Shown: one piece after another, positions 1 through 13,496 of the stretch
Position numbering within the stretch: position 1 is the first letter of the stretch
How the letters are laid out: each line of letters begins with the position of its first letter
Source of the DNA: Octopus vulgaris
Taxonomy: Eukaryota
Reading direction: 5' to 3'
Assembly (NCBI GenBank): GCA_951406725.2
Contig: OX597827.1
Coordinates: 45,818,001 to 45,882,000, forward strand
Length of the DNA stretch: 64,000 nt
Translations under genes and position numbers: made by a program
Notes under the pieces: generated by a model
What the model saw: the letters and a program-made list of their open reading frames with translations, nothing else
The model's database searches: none
Told to the model about the DNA's origin: nothing

Positions 1-655
1 ACAAAAATCAACGAGCCACAATCTCCGCTGGTTTGCTTGCTCGTCACTGTTCAACCCATGGACACAAGCAACGATTTCTTTACCGAATCGTTACTGGCGA
101 CGAAAAACGGTGCCTGTGCATTAATATGAAGCAGCGTAAGCAATGGCTTAGCCCCAGTAAAGAAGCGACACCGCGCGTGAAACAAGATCTTCCTCCGCGT
201 AAAACGATATTGTGCGTATGGTGGGACTGGGAAGGGATTATTCATTACGAATTGTTTGAACGGAACCAAACGGTCAACGTGGAACTCTATGTTCAAATGA
301 TGGAACGACTCAACACGGCTATTCAAGAGAAAAGACCTAATCGGCAGCATGGAGTTCTTCAACTGCAGGACAACGCCCGCTCTCATATCGCCAATACGAC
401 CAAGTAAGCCATTTAAACGCATGGCTGGGATGTGCTGCCACACCCGCCGTACTCTCCTGATTTGACACCAACGGTTTTCTACCTCTTTCAAATACTATGC
501 GCGGAGTTTCGTTCAATACAAATGCAGAATTGAGAGATTGGTTGGATCAATTTTTCGAGTCAAAACCGGGTGCTTTCTACAAACGAGGTATTGAAAATCT
601 TGTTGAACGTTGGGAAGAAGTTGTAAACAACAAGGATGAATACATTATTGATTAA
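1..655 (+). pseudogene. Mariner transposase pseudogene
   Basis: In-frame TAA stops at 405-407 and 414-416 and a frameshift near 495. The third catalytic Asp (YSPDLAPSD motif) reads Val. Confidence 0.9.
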
Positions 656-752
656 TTAGTTGTCATTTTTTTTATTAAACTTTAAAAAAATTTTAATTGC
701 ACCCCCCCCCCAAAAAAAAAAAAATCACGGGAACTTAGTTGCCAACCCAATA
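1..752 (+). mobile_element. Mariner (Tc1/mariner, DD34D-type) transposon, 3' part, inactive
   Basis: Translates to IVTGDEK..., CVWWDWEGIIHYE, LQDNARSH, HPPYSPDLTPT(V) and FFESKPGAFYKRGIENLVERWEEVVNNKDEYIID* (stop 653-655). The right TIR ...GGAACTTAGTTGCCAACCCAA is followed by TA at 751-752. Confidence 0.93.
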
Positions 753-3700
753 CAATACACATTCAATTTCTTAAGATGTTATATTGTGGTATGAAAGAGT
801 TAACGAGTAACTACCTTAGGAGTCTGGGTGACCATGTAGACGCTTTTGCATGAGTTCAGAAAATGCTTTTCTTAAATGGTCAACTAATGTTTTCACACCG
901 AACCTGCTCAGTGGTAAGTGTGCATCTTTGCTGGCCAAGTATTGCTTAGGAAAACAGCCGGGAGGCTCTATGTAGTCGACTAGCCTACTAGAAATAACAG
1001 ACGAATCTAACCTCAAATCAGACCGTACTGATTAAAAAAAACAGGGCATACTGGATAATGTAGTTTAAAATATTTTGATAGAAAAATAATATTAAAAGGC
1101 AGCTCGACATGCAAAAATTGGTGACCAAGTCTGTCTCTTATCATATCTTACTGTCTGTAAAAAGGGATACAAAGGACATATTAGATAATGTAATCCTTGA
1201 TACTTTGTTTAAAAGACGGCAGGTTGATTTAAACAGCAACGCCTTTTATCAGATCTTATAAACCGCAGCCTAGAAAATGTCCAACGAAGTCCAATCCTTA
1301 ACATTGACCCAAGAATGATGCTAATGGTATGTTCCTATGATTGAGTGACTAATAACATGTATGATGTAGTGAGCAAAATAAATTTTAATTAATTCGAATT
1401 ATCTTGGACATTTTGATATCAAGCGAGCGGAAAATACGTTCAAGGATTAACATTAATCTAAGTTAATCTTAGCAAGAGGACGACAACAGGGAAATTTTAG
1501 TTAATTATAATTAGAATTTTGCATGCATTCGAGGAGAGTGAAATATTAGGAATAATTTTATTACAGGCTTGATAGTTAGGGAAGCTCAGCGGTCACCCCA
1601 AACACTTCGTTCTCGAAACATAATCTCTTCCGAAATTCGTTGGATTTAGTGATAGAGCATCACTAATTTCTTTCATTAATCATTGTTATTAAAGTGGCAA
1701 GATTTTCAGTACAAGTATAACTAATATTTACTGCACTTCTATTAAAGGGTTTATATCATCGGTAGTTTTAGTTTTGAATCTACAAGATACGCACTGAAAT
1801 AGGTGTAACAACTTAACAAAACTCATTACCAAGAGACAGTATTTACACAAAGTACATTTCACTGTTGTTTCGTTATTTTAACCAACCAGAAACCGGCTGT
1901 TTGTCGAGCCAGTTATTCGCTAGATTAAAGCTAAAATGTGTTCAATCCTATACTTTCATAAACAGCGATTGTAAAAACCGTATAATTTCTCCAACTCTTA
2001 CATAGCCTCGACATAAGAGAATCAGTTACCTTAAACCACAAGACACTTTAAACTGATTAAGAGATGATTTTCTGAGAAAATAATTTCCAGACTTTAAAAA
2101 CACGTACACATCTATATTGGTTCTTCGTTGCTGCCATGTATCTTCTCGTAAACATCTTGATTTTACAAGCAGAATACTTATGAATGTCTTTTCTTCCCCA
2201 CACGTCTAAATTCTGTCCTATTTTAACCTATATTCTTAAACTACTTGCCACATGATTATCACTGTAATAATATTTTATTCATAAAATACGAAAATATCTA
2301 AATACTTTATTATAAACACATTAGTGTTACCTTGGCTTGATTATGTCAGGATATATATATATAGCCTTCAGATCAGAAGCGAGGATAAAAGATCTATGTA
2401 GTAGTAGTAGTAGTAGAAGACAGATTGAAGGAAAAGCACAGCTGTGATCCAGTGGAAATGAAGCTCGTTAGCCGATGAATCTTTGCCAATTAAACGAAAG
2501 ATGACTAGGTTTAACAAGACCACATCTTTTGCTTCCACACAGATTCACTCGAAATCTGTAATGCTTATTTTGTCCCAGATTTTCGATGAACTCATCTGAT
2601 CAAGCCGAAGTTATTTCCCTTTATTGGTTTTTAGATTTTAAAACACTCTCCATGGGAAGTTTTGCCGACTAATTACGTAGATAAAACCTCGGTTGATGAG
2701 TATTTTTCAACGTCCTATATTGTATATTTGTGAAACTCTTCTGCGTTCATATTTATTGAGTAAAAACGCTCCAAGATACTTTCGCTCTGCTATAGTTGAT
2801 GGTATACGACATTCTCTCTCACCACACAGATATTATTCACCTAGATTTCGCTGAAAAGGTCTAATAAGAGTGAAACATGTCGATTACTTTCACTAATTGG
2901 CGTTAAAACAAGATTCACTTCAACCAATCCGTATTGTTTATATTTTCCAAATATTCCATTTGAATGCCTTTATTGGAGTTATTTCCCTTGTTTGTTGTTC
3001 AAAGATTGTAAACATCACCGGTCTTATTTTTTGTTTGGTTTAACTTAGGATTATCCTCGAGTATTCAAGTCTTATGTGTGAGGCCACATTGTGACAGGTG
3101 GACAGTAGCATCATCTTTGTTTCACTTGACCTTCGTAGATGACCAGAGCAGTGATTAGAGGAGGAGAACTTCAGGTGGCTCTTCAGAGAAACAACCAAGT
3201 ATTTTTAAGGTAGAGGACTTGACACCCACAGCTGGCTTTTAAAAATATCAGACATAAATATCGCAAAAAAGTTTTGTAGAATCAATAACATGTTTTTTTT
3301 TTAATTGTATTATTGTTATGTTTTAGAGGAACAACGAAATTCAAATTTCAATCGACAAGAAAAAAAAAAGGAAAAAATATATTTGTATTTCTTATATAGA
3401 ATTTCGGTTTAAATTTACATCTCAGTTTTTATTACTTAAGGAGATTTTATTTTGTAAAATGCCACAAAATACCCACTGCCCTCCCGGTAAAGAAAAAAAA
3501 AAAAGAAAAACTTTATCCAGTTTTCCTGTCCGATTCTTCTGAAATGTGGAGAACATATGAGTTTTTGTAATTTAAGAGTTTTTTAAACAGAAAAATTAGA
3601 AGCAAAACTAGAAATACCACGTCCTTGTATTGTATGGTATGGTATGTATTTTGTATGTGTGTGTGTATTGTATTGTATGAATGAACTTTAGGTTAGTTAA

Positions 3701-4322
3701 AACGTTTGTGACATATTTTAACTTCGGAAGGCAAATTCACTGTAGTTTCCGCGGGGGAAAATTCTTTCTCATGGTAAAGGATAAAAAAAAAAAACCCTAT
3801 CGGATTTCCAGACGGCCGTTTCTGATTTTTTAGCCTTCCTCAATGGGAAATACCGAAGGGAGATAACCCTGGGCAGATTCAAAGCCGTAGCTGGTCAGAA
3901 TAAAAATAGTCGTGTAAGCGCCAAGCAGTTTTTTTTTTTTTCTGTAAGCGTAGCTTATTCAACCAGAGAACAAGCAGAAATGTAAAACTTGAAGGCCCAG
4001 TCAACTTGGACTTTATTTATTTATTCATTTATTCGGAACGGTGAAACTCAAAGCAGGTAAAGATATAAATTCACATGATCACGTGACCGACAAGACTATC
4101 GGATGTTGTTATACATCGTTGGTCACAATGCGTTTTTGCATCGCTTTAGCTTTCGATTGTTGCTACTCCGCTGGTTGGGCGAGCGGGCTAACATTTGCCC
4201 CTGATCGGAAGGTAAATCCGTTACACGGTTTACTCGTCAGCAGCTGAGTGGACTGGAGTAACGTGAAATAAAGTGTCTTGTTCAAGAACACAACGCAAAG
4301 CCAGCTTGGGAAAATCGAAGAA

Positions 4323-4390
4323 TGCCCGTGAGACTTGAACCAACATTTCCTGTAACCATGACAGACGTTCTACCATTGCACCGTTGGACA
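4323..4390 (-). pseudogene. Degenerate tRNA-like sequence (tRNA pseudogene or SINE head)
   Basis: GGTGCAATGGTAGAACG (D arm / A box), stem TCTGT-CATGGTT-ACAGG and GGTTCAAGTC (T arm / B box). The acceptor stem pairs poorly. Confidence 0.4.
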
Positions 4391-4774
4391 GGGAAATCAG
4401 AAGGAATGCTTCGGTCCAACGGTAGAACGTATTTTTAAACTAAAATTTACACGGATATTTATAGCTTTATCCGCTTCGAGCTTCATAGTTCCAAAAATGG
4501 ATACTTCAGGTTTTCTCGAAGTTCTTGAATTCTTGTGGCATCACCGCCCCCCACCAATATATATGCACGATGTAAATCCACGCCTTTGATGCAGGTCTGA
4601 GCAAGTGCCCCTCTAAGGTCTAAAATCGTAAATATTTGGTAAATTTTCACTTTGAACTTAGGCATGAACTGGTGCTGAAAACAGAATTGGCACAGAAACA
4701 ATTGTAACAAATCATTAAAGATGAATTAAAGATTTTCTTTGTCTCCTTATTCGAGTTACATATATATGTGTGAA

Positions 4775-5114
4775 GGCACATGGCTCAGTGGTTAGAGCGT
4801 CAAGCTCATGATCGTGAGGTTGTGAGCTCGAATCCCGGACCGGGGTGCGTGTTGTGTTCTTGAGCAAGACACTTTATTTCACATTGCTCCAGTTCACTCA
4901 GCTGCAGAAATGAGTTGCGACGTCACAGGTGCCAAGCTGTATCGGCACCTTTGCCTTTCCCCTTGGATAACACTCGTGGTGTAGAGAGGCGAGGCCGGTA
5001 TGCATGGGCGACTGCTGGTCTTCCATAAACAACCTTGCCCGGACTTGTGCCTCGGAGAGTAACTTTCTAGGAGCAATCCCATGGTCAGTCATGATCATGA
5101 CCGAAGGTGGTCTC
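4775..5114 (+). mobile_element. tRNA-derived SINE family D (CORE-like centre); reverse copy ~43355-43680, fragment ~45128-45230
   Basis: A box TGGCTCAGTGG, B-box-like GCTCGAATCCC, then TTGTGTTCTTGAGCAAGACACTTTA. It recurs elsewhere in the window. Confidence 0.8.
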
Positions 5115-5121
5115 AGCAATA

Positions 5122-5156
<35 letters not shown>

Positions 5157-6147
5157 TGTATTATATTCATGCATGTATGCACATAGTTATAGACACATAA
5201 ACAATTTCATTTCACCGATTCAATTATTATTATTAATTATTTATTTTTTTTTTTTACTTTTTCACTAATTATTTTCAAGTCTGTACAGTAAAAAATATAT
5301 TCAATGGATGGAGAGAAGAGAGATAGAGAAAGATAAGAGGAAAGTGAAGAAAAGAACAAGACATACACAGTAGGAGAGAGAGGGGGGAGAGGAGTAGAGG
5401 AGCAAGAAGACAAAGAGGGAGAGAGAGAGAGAGAGAGAGAGAGTTCCTGATTTCAAAGGCAACAACAAAAAATATAAAGAATTATATAAAAAAAATGAGA
5501 CAGAGTAAAAACAAACATAACAATAACAATGATGAAGATGATGTTGATGATAATACAATTAATGAAAATAATAATAATTATTATAATTATAATGATAATA
5601 CTTATGAGGACGTCTAGCTGATGCACAATGGCTTTGATTTTGTGGGGAGGAAAGGTTGTACTAAAGTGGTTAATAATAATCTTTTCTACTAAAGGCACAA
5701 GGCCTGAAATTTGTGGGGAGGGGCTAAGTCGATAATATCAACACCAGTACTTGACTGGTACTTAATTTATCGACCCTGAAAGGATGACCTCGGCGGAATT
5801 TGAACTCAGAACGTAAAGACGGACGAAATCTAGCTAAGCATTTTTTCCAGGCGTGCTAACGATTCTGCCAGCTCGTCACCTGAGCAATAATAATCTTTTC
5901 TATCGCACAAGGCCAATTTTATTTTTATTTTGGGCAGGGGGTGGGGTGCCAAGAGGCTAGTCGATTACATCGTCTGCAGTACTTGACTAGTATTTAATTT
6001 TATCGGCCCTCAAGATGAAAGGCAAAATCGACCTCGGCGGGTAAAGCCGGAAAAGATACCGCTAAGTATTTTGCCTCGGGTGCTAACGATTCTGACAGCT
6101 CGCCACCTTAATAATAATAGCTTCTTCTTCTTATTATTATTATTCAT

Positions 6148-6488
6148 ACCAACCATGCGGTTCTGGGTTCAGTCCCACTGCGTGGCACCTTGGGCAAGTG
6201 TCTTCTATTATAGCCTCGGGCCGACCAAAGCCTTGTGAGTGAACTTGGTAGACGATAACTGAAAGAAGCCCATCGTATATATGTGTATGTGTATATGTTT
6301 GTGTGTTTGTGTTTGTCCTCCCAACATCGCTTGACAACTGATGCTGGTGTGTTTGCATCCCCGTAACATAGTGGTTCGGCAAAAGAGACCGATAGAATAA
6401 GTACTAGGCTTACAAAGAATGATTTCCTCGACTAAAGGCGGTACTCCAGCATGGCCGCAGTCAAATGACTGAAACAAGTAAAAGAGAA
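6148..6488 (+). mobile_element. CORE-like tRNA SINE family B (5'-truncated)
   Basis: GGGTTCAGTCCCACTGCGTGGCACCTTGGGCAAGTGTCTTC..., internal (TA)/(TG) microsatellite, ...GACTGAAACAAGTAAAAGAG. Confidence 0.8.
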
Positions 6489-9198
6489 TTATTATTATTA
6501 TTATTATTCAAGGCGGTGAGCTGGCATAATCGTTAACATGCCGGATAAAGTGCTTAGCGGTATTTAGTCTATCGTGACGTTTTTGTGCATTCTGAGTTCA
6601 AATTCCGCCGAGGTCTTCCTTGCCTTTCATCCTTTCGGGATCAATAAAATAAGTGTCAGTTTGAGTACTGGGATCGACGTATTCGACTCACCCACACTAC
6701 TCCCAAATTGCTGGCCTTGCACCAAAATTTGAAACTATTATTACTATTATTATTAGTAGTCCTACTCTCGGCATAAGGCCAGGTGTACTTGGGAGGAGAA
6801 ACAAGCGATTATATCGACCCTGGTACTTCACTGATACTTTACTCCTCTCTCTAATAGAACGGAGAGTCAAGTCCACCTACGCAGGATGTGAACACATGAA
6901 AGGGAAATGGACGTAGCTCTATGCTCCAAGACATTCTGCATGTTGTTCTAGTGAGGCTGTCACCAGTCACTCTACCTAAAGTGTCCGTCAGTTTAACAAT
7001 TCTTCTTGCCAGTCTTAGTAAATTTTCTATCAAGCTCTCTCTTCACCGATTGTCAGTCGCTCATCCGATTCTGCAGTCAGTTGGTCTACCAATTGTCTCG
7101 GTCCCGCTACCATACCATTCTGTCAGTCGATCTACCTATTATCTAAGTCCCTCTTCGGATTCTCTCAACCCTACTAACAATTCTGCTGATCAATAATGAT
7201 AATAATAATAATAATAATAATGATGGTATCCAATTTTTTCCACAAGGGGAGCCATTTTGCGGGAGGGGGCTAAGTCGATTAAATCGACCCCAGTACGTAA
7301 CTGGTACTTAATCTATCGACCCCGAAAGGATCAAAGGCAAAGTCGACCTCGGCGGAATTTGAACGCAGAATGTAAAAACGGACGAAATGTTGCTAAGCAT
7401 TTTCTCCACCGTGCTAACGATTCTGCCAGCTCACCGCCTTATCAATAATAATAATAATAATAATCCTTTTTACTAAAAGCACAAGGCCTGAAATATGGGG
7501 AAGGAGACAAGTCGATTACATCGACCCCAGTGTATCACTGGTACTTAATTTATCGAGGATGAAAGGCAAAGTTGACCTCGGCGGAATTTGAACTCAGAAC
7601 ATAGCAACTGGCGAAATACCTATTTCTTTACTACCCACAAGGGGCTAAACACAGAAAGGACGAACAAGGACAGACAAACGGATTAAGTCGTAACTGGTAC
7701 TTATTTAATCGACCCCGAAAGGATGAAAGGCAAAGTCGACCTTGGAATTTGAACTCAGAACGTAGCGGCAGACGAAATACCGCTAGGCATTTCGCTCGGC
7801 GTGCTAACGTTTCTGCCAGCTCGCCGTCTGAATAAAAATAATAATACTTTTTAATTTAGGAGCAAGGCCTGAAATTTTGGAGGAGAAGGGGGTGCAGGCT
7901 AGTCGATTACATTGAGCTGCAGTGCTCAACGGGTACTTATTTTCATCCACCCCAAAAGGATGACAAGCAAAGTCGACCTAGACTGAAAGTAATGATCTCT
8001 AATTTAGGTAGAAGGCTGGCAAATTTTGACGAGAACACGATTTCTTAGATGAGAGGGATGAATATTATGTTTTAAAGAAGCAGTACAGTTCATGATTGAA
8101 ATGGTTTTCAGTTTTCATACTGATTATTTTGATAAATGTTAGGAAGTTTTTGAAGGATGAAGCAAAGCCAATCCCAGGCGAGACTCGGAGATAACTCAAA
8201 GATGATACTGAAACAGCGAGCTTCTAAGGCTCTGAATTGCTTCTCAGCAGACGTTTTCCACCACTGAAATGTTTAATAAAGGATACTAATTTTGGAATGA
8301 GGCCAGCAACTTTAAGGGGCCGGGATTGGTCAGTTACATCTACCCCAGAACATGACTGGTACTTATTTTATCTACCCGGAAAAGATGAAAGCTAAAGTTA
8401 ACCCACCCACCAAAGGATCAGAACTTAGAATTTAAAGACACGGAACAAATACCACAAGGCATTTTGTGCAAAATACAAACAATTCTACCAATAATAATCC
8501 TTTCTTCTAAAGGCACAAGGCCTGAAATTTGGTGGGAGGGGACTAGTCGATTACATCGACCCCAGTGCTTCACTGGTACTTAATTTTTTGACCCCGAAAG
8601 GATGAAAGGCAAAGTCGACCTTGGCGTAATTTGAACTCAGAACGCACACACGGACGAAATGCCACTAAGCATTTTTTCCCGGCGTGCTAACGATTCTGCC
8701 AGCTCGCTGCCTTAATAATAATAATAAGGCAGCAAGCTAGTAGAAACGTTAGTTTGCCGGGCGAAATACTTAGCGGTATTTCGTCTGCCGCTATGTTCTG
8801 AGTTCAAATTCCGCCGAGGTCGACTTTGCCTTTCATGCTTTCGGGGTCGATTAAATAAGTACCAGTTATGCACTGGGATCGATATAATCGACTTAATCCG
8901 TTTGTCCTCTCTGTGTTTAGCCCCTTGTGGGTAGTAAAGAAATAGGTAACAATAATAATAATAATAATAATCCTGTCTATTAAAGACACAAGACCTGAAA
9001 TTTTGGGGGAGGGGACTAATCAATTTCATTGACCCAGTGTATCACTGGTTATTTATTTCATTGCCTCCAGCAAAGTCGACCTCGGAGGAATCTGAACTCA
9101 AAATGCAAAGACAGACAAAATACCACCAAGCATCTCACCCAGTGTGCCAACAACTCTGCCAGCTCGCCGCCTTAATAATAATAGTAATAATAATAATA

Positions 9199-9335
9199 AC
9201 AGACTTGCAGAAAATTACCATCTTATATTCTGTAAGAATCTTAAGGAGCATTCTTGAGACTTGAGGAGACTTGTTGTCAGCAAGCTTCAAGATAGGATAC
9301 CTGCTAACCAAATTAGCATGCACTACCATGCATAT
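9199..9335 (+). mobile_element. Short R4-like LINE C-terminal fragment
   Basis: TDLQKITILYSVRILRSILET* follows (TAA)n and resembles the LQK..LLGTA.ILRK.L terminal motif. Confidence 0.45.
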
Positions 9336-10910
9336 GATAATAATCCCCCCCCACTTATAATAGACACAAGACTTGAGATATGGGGTGGGGTTGGGGTCTA
9401 GTTGATTACATCAACTCCAGTACTCAACTTTTTTTATTTTATCGAACCCCCGAAAGGATGAAAGGCAAAGTAGACCTGGCGATTGCTCCCTTTAACTATA
9501 CACATTATTTCAGAAGAATGAAATTGGGATCCCAGGACACCCGCCAATATTTGAAGGAAGAAAAGGGGACGTTGACGCATGTAACATGCTAACCTCGATC
9601 CAGTAGCCAGAACAAGATGCACCATAATGCGTTGCTTTCAATCTCAAGTTATTCTCTCCATCAACCACCTGCTTCTGCTGCCCTACTCTGAATGTGGAAG
9701 ACAATGAAATTGTGGGCTATTTAATCTAAAACCAGCCTGTGGACTTCAGAGGATGTTTAGTCACTTTATCATAATAAAGATAATAATCTTTTCTACTATA
9801 GGCACAAGGCCTGAAATTTTGGGTGAGGAGACCAGTTGATTAGATCAATCCCATTACACAACTGGTACTTAATTTATCTACCCCGAAAGGCTGAAAAGCA
9901 AAGTCAACCTCAGTGGAATTTGAACTCACATAATAATAATAATAATAATAATAATGATTTCAACTTTTGGCACAAGGCCAGCAAGATCAGGGGAGGGGGT
10001 AAGTCGATTTCACTGATCCCCAGTACTCAAATGGCATTTATTTTATCAACCCCAGGCAAAGGTGGCCTCAACAAAATTTGAAATCAGAATGTCAAGACGG
10101 ATGAAATGTTGCTAAGCATTTAAATCTTGGTGTTGCTAACGGTTCCTCCAGCTCAGCACACCTTATTATTAATAATAATAATAACCAGAATAATAGTAGC
10201 AACCACCTCCATCGTACGATGAAAAAAAATTCAAGTGGAGATGCATGTTCAGCTTATTGACCCGCTCCCCCCCAATATATGATGGCTATCTACTTCATCA
10301 ATACGGGAGGGAAGAAAAATAGTGAAGTTTAGGCTAGTAGGGTCTTTGACAATAGAGAATGTAAAGTGATGCAAATACCACAAGGTACTTTTTCTCAGTG
10401 TCTTATTCTTTTGACCTGCTTTCATAAAAAACGATAATAATAATAATAATAATAATAATGATAATTCAAATTTCTGCCACAAGGGCAGCTTGGGGGAGGT
10501 GGGGATAAGTTGATTACATCGACCCCAGTGTTTCACTGGTACTTATTTTATCGACCCTGAAAGGATGAAAGGAAAAGTCTACCTTGGTGGAATTTGAACT
10601 CAGAACGTAGCGATGGCTAAAATACCACTAAGCATTTCATCCAGCGTGCTAAAGATTCTTGCAGCTCACCGCCTTAATAATAATAATCTTTTCTACTAAA
10701 GGCACAAGGCCTGAAATTAGGTGTCGGGCAGGTGGGGGGGACTAGTTGATTACATCAACCCCAGTGTTTCACTGGTACTTAACTTATCGACCTTGAAAGG
10801 ATGAAAGGCAAAATCGACCTTGGCAGAATTTGAACTTGGAATGCAGTGACAGGCAAAATACTGCTAAGCATTTTGTCCAGCGTGCTAATGATTCCGCCAG
10901 CTCACCACCC

Positions 10911-10942
<32 letters not shown>

Positions 10943-11839
10943 TATAATCTTGGCATAAAAATCCAAGGTAAGAATTCAATTTTAAAAACATAAAAAAGCA
11001 AAAATAACCCTAGACCCTCAAAAACAACAAAATAACTTTAAAAAAAAAAGAAAAAAAAACGGAAAAGGAAGCTCAAGAATGTCTTTTGAAATATCTTAAG
11101 GAATTTAATCAGAAGAAGAGAACAACATAGCATGGCTATCATCTCCTTTCTCAGAGCATAATTTCTCTGAAGGGGGCTCCACAAATTAAGAGTGCATTAT
11201 TAAATCCAGCTCAACGTACACACACTCAAAGAATGCCAAATGGAATGGAAGAATTCAGAGAAGCCACGCAACATGCTGGGGGCAATATGATGGAGTATAG
11301 TGACACAAAAACACATAAAAACCCAGCCACCCATTAATCCCCCCCTCCACACATACACACACACACACCAAAAGTTAAATTCTGTTAGACTTTCCCTTAG
11401 AGTTCTTCTCTATGATAACAAAAAAAAAAACAAAAAAAAAATAGATATATAAATAAATTTAAAAAGTCAAAACCCCATTTGAGTGCAACTGTTTCTGTTC
11501 ACCTAAAAAAAGTTTATAATAATAATAATAATGATAATAATCCTTTCTACTAAAGGCACAAGGACCAAAATTTTGGGGTACTTAATTTATCGACCTTGAA
11601 AGGATGAAAGGCAAAGTCGACCTCAGCAGAATTTGAACTCAGAACATTAAAGATAGACGAAATACAGCTAAGCATTTTGCCTGGCGTGCTAATGTTTCTG
11701 CCAGCTCGCCATAATATTAATAATAATTATAATAACAATAATAATACTAATAATAATTATAATGATGAAGATGATAAAGAAAACAAAAATAGAACAAAAC
11801 AAAGAATAAGAACTGAAATATGGAATAAAACATGCACAT

Positions 11840-11950
11840 ATACATATACACACGCATATGCATGTCTGTGTGTGTGTGTGTATACACACATGGAAATATA
11901 CACTGCAACAAAACTTGCAATGCTTTTATTGTGGGGAATGCATATGCATA

Positions 11951-11991
<41 letters not shown>

Positions 11992-12560
11992 TTCCATATT
12001 AATGTGTGTATGAGTGTATGTATGTATGTAAAATACACATAAAGGAAGTAATTGTGAGGAAATGGCAAGAAATATAGAATGAGGTACAGATGAATATGCA
12101 ACCAAAAACATATTTCGCAATCTCAATATTTCGGTTAACTAACAGGAATACTAATAGCAATGTCCTTCTGTGCTGACTGAGCAGAACAGAGAGAGACACT
12201 TGCACAGATACACTATACACAGCAGCTGGAGATTGTATGTAGACATTCATGTCTATATATGTGTCTCTATACATACATAAATTTATGTGTATGTGTAGTG
12301 TGTGTGTGTATATATATATATATATGGTATATGTATGGTTTATATAAACATACATACAGTATGTATAGCATAAATATAAAGACATGTATGACACACAAAC
12401 ATATTATATATATGTGTGTGCACTCACACACACCCACACATATGTATGTATGTACAGGTGTACACACACACACATGCACACCAACATATGTATGTATATA
12501 TATATAGATATGTATGTATGCATGTATGTATATATACATATATATGTATGTATGTATATA

Positions 12561-12633
<73 letters not shown>

Positions 12634-12739
12634 ATATATACACACACACACAGAGATTTAGAAATGCATGCATGAATAACACTGAAAATGTGAAGGGCGC
12701 ACATTTGCAACATAGAGAAAGACAAAACAGGTAGAAAGA

Positions 12740-12780
<41 letters not shown>

Positions 12781-12844
12781 CACACAATTATACAGAGAGA
12801 AAAGAAAAGAGAGAGAGAGAGATTGATAAAGGGATAGAGATACA

Positions 12845-12883
<39 letters not shown>

Positions 12884-13450
12884 GAGCAGATAGAAATAGA
12901 GAGAGAGTGGGAGGAGAGGAGAGAGAAGAAAAGAAACAGGCCGTCCGTTTTTGACTGTTTGAAGACCTCAAGTTGCTGGCAGGTTTATAGATATTTTGGC
13001 AAAAGAGCAGACGGCTTTCAGCCAAAAATTCTGGAAAAAGTTCTTCGATTGCTTCATTGGAATTACAAGAGTCACTAGAATCTTCTTTCCTCTGTTTTGT
13101 TTCACAGTTTGTTTATTTATTATTTTTTTTATTTGTTTGCTTTTGTTTTGTTTTCTTTTCTTTTAAACATTTTTTTAATCTTTCATTTTAGTAATTGTTT
13201 TCTCAGTTCTTTTTTTCTTTTTCTTTTAAATCTTTGCAAACAGAAAGAAATAATAGTTTATACACATCCATCCATCCATCCATACATACATCCCCACACA
13301 CATGCATGATACACGCATGCATTCTTTTATATTTACACATACACACACACACATACTCTTATGCAAACAAGCAGAGGCCAAATGTAAGTGGAACATGCAT
13401 TATAAACATACATAAATTGGGACATAAACACACACACACATGCACTAGAG

Positions 13451-13496
<46 letters not shown>

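Larger units (their letters stand above)
5682..11711. mobile_element. Dense cluster of ~15 copies/fragments of a ~210-bp tRNA-headed SINE (family A) separated by (TAA)n
   Basis: Repeated unit GGCGGCGAGCTGGCAGAATCGTTAGCACGCC...GAGTTCAAATTCCGCCGAGGTCGACTTTGCCTTTCATCCTTTCGGGGTCGATAAA..AAGTACCAGT...TTTCAGGCCTTGTGCC. Most copies are on the minus strand (e.g. 5682-5880, 7228-7440, 8497-8713, 10686-10910); some are plus (6510-6738, 8726-8947). Confidence 0.88.

Noticed and set aside
51-491. 146-aa minus-strand ORF
   Set aside because: Antisense shadow of the mariner transposase.
2845-2886. Hammerhead-like TCG-CTGAAAA-GGTCT-AATA-AGAGT-GAAACATGTCGA
   Set aside because: The core deviates from CUGANGA and stem II is mismatched; at best a decayed remnant.
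4775-4845. Functional tRNA genes at SINE heads (also 58933-59005, 51194-51260, 42632-42707)
   Set aside because: Each continues directly into a SINE body and lacks a proper acceptor stem or T-run terminator.
12938-13095. Unique open segment on the minus strand (QRKEDSSDSCNSNEAIEELFPEF...)
   Set aside because: No convincing acceptor or donor and no recognisable homology; more likely UTR or intergenic.
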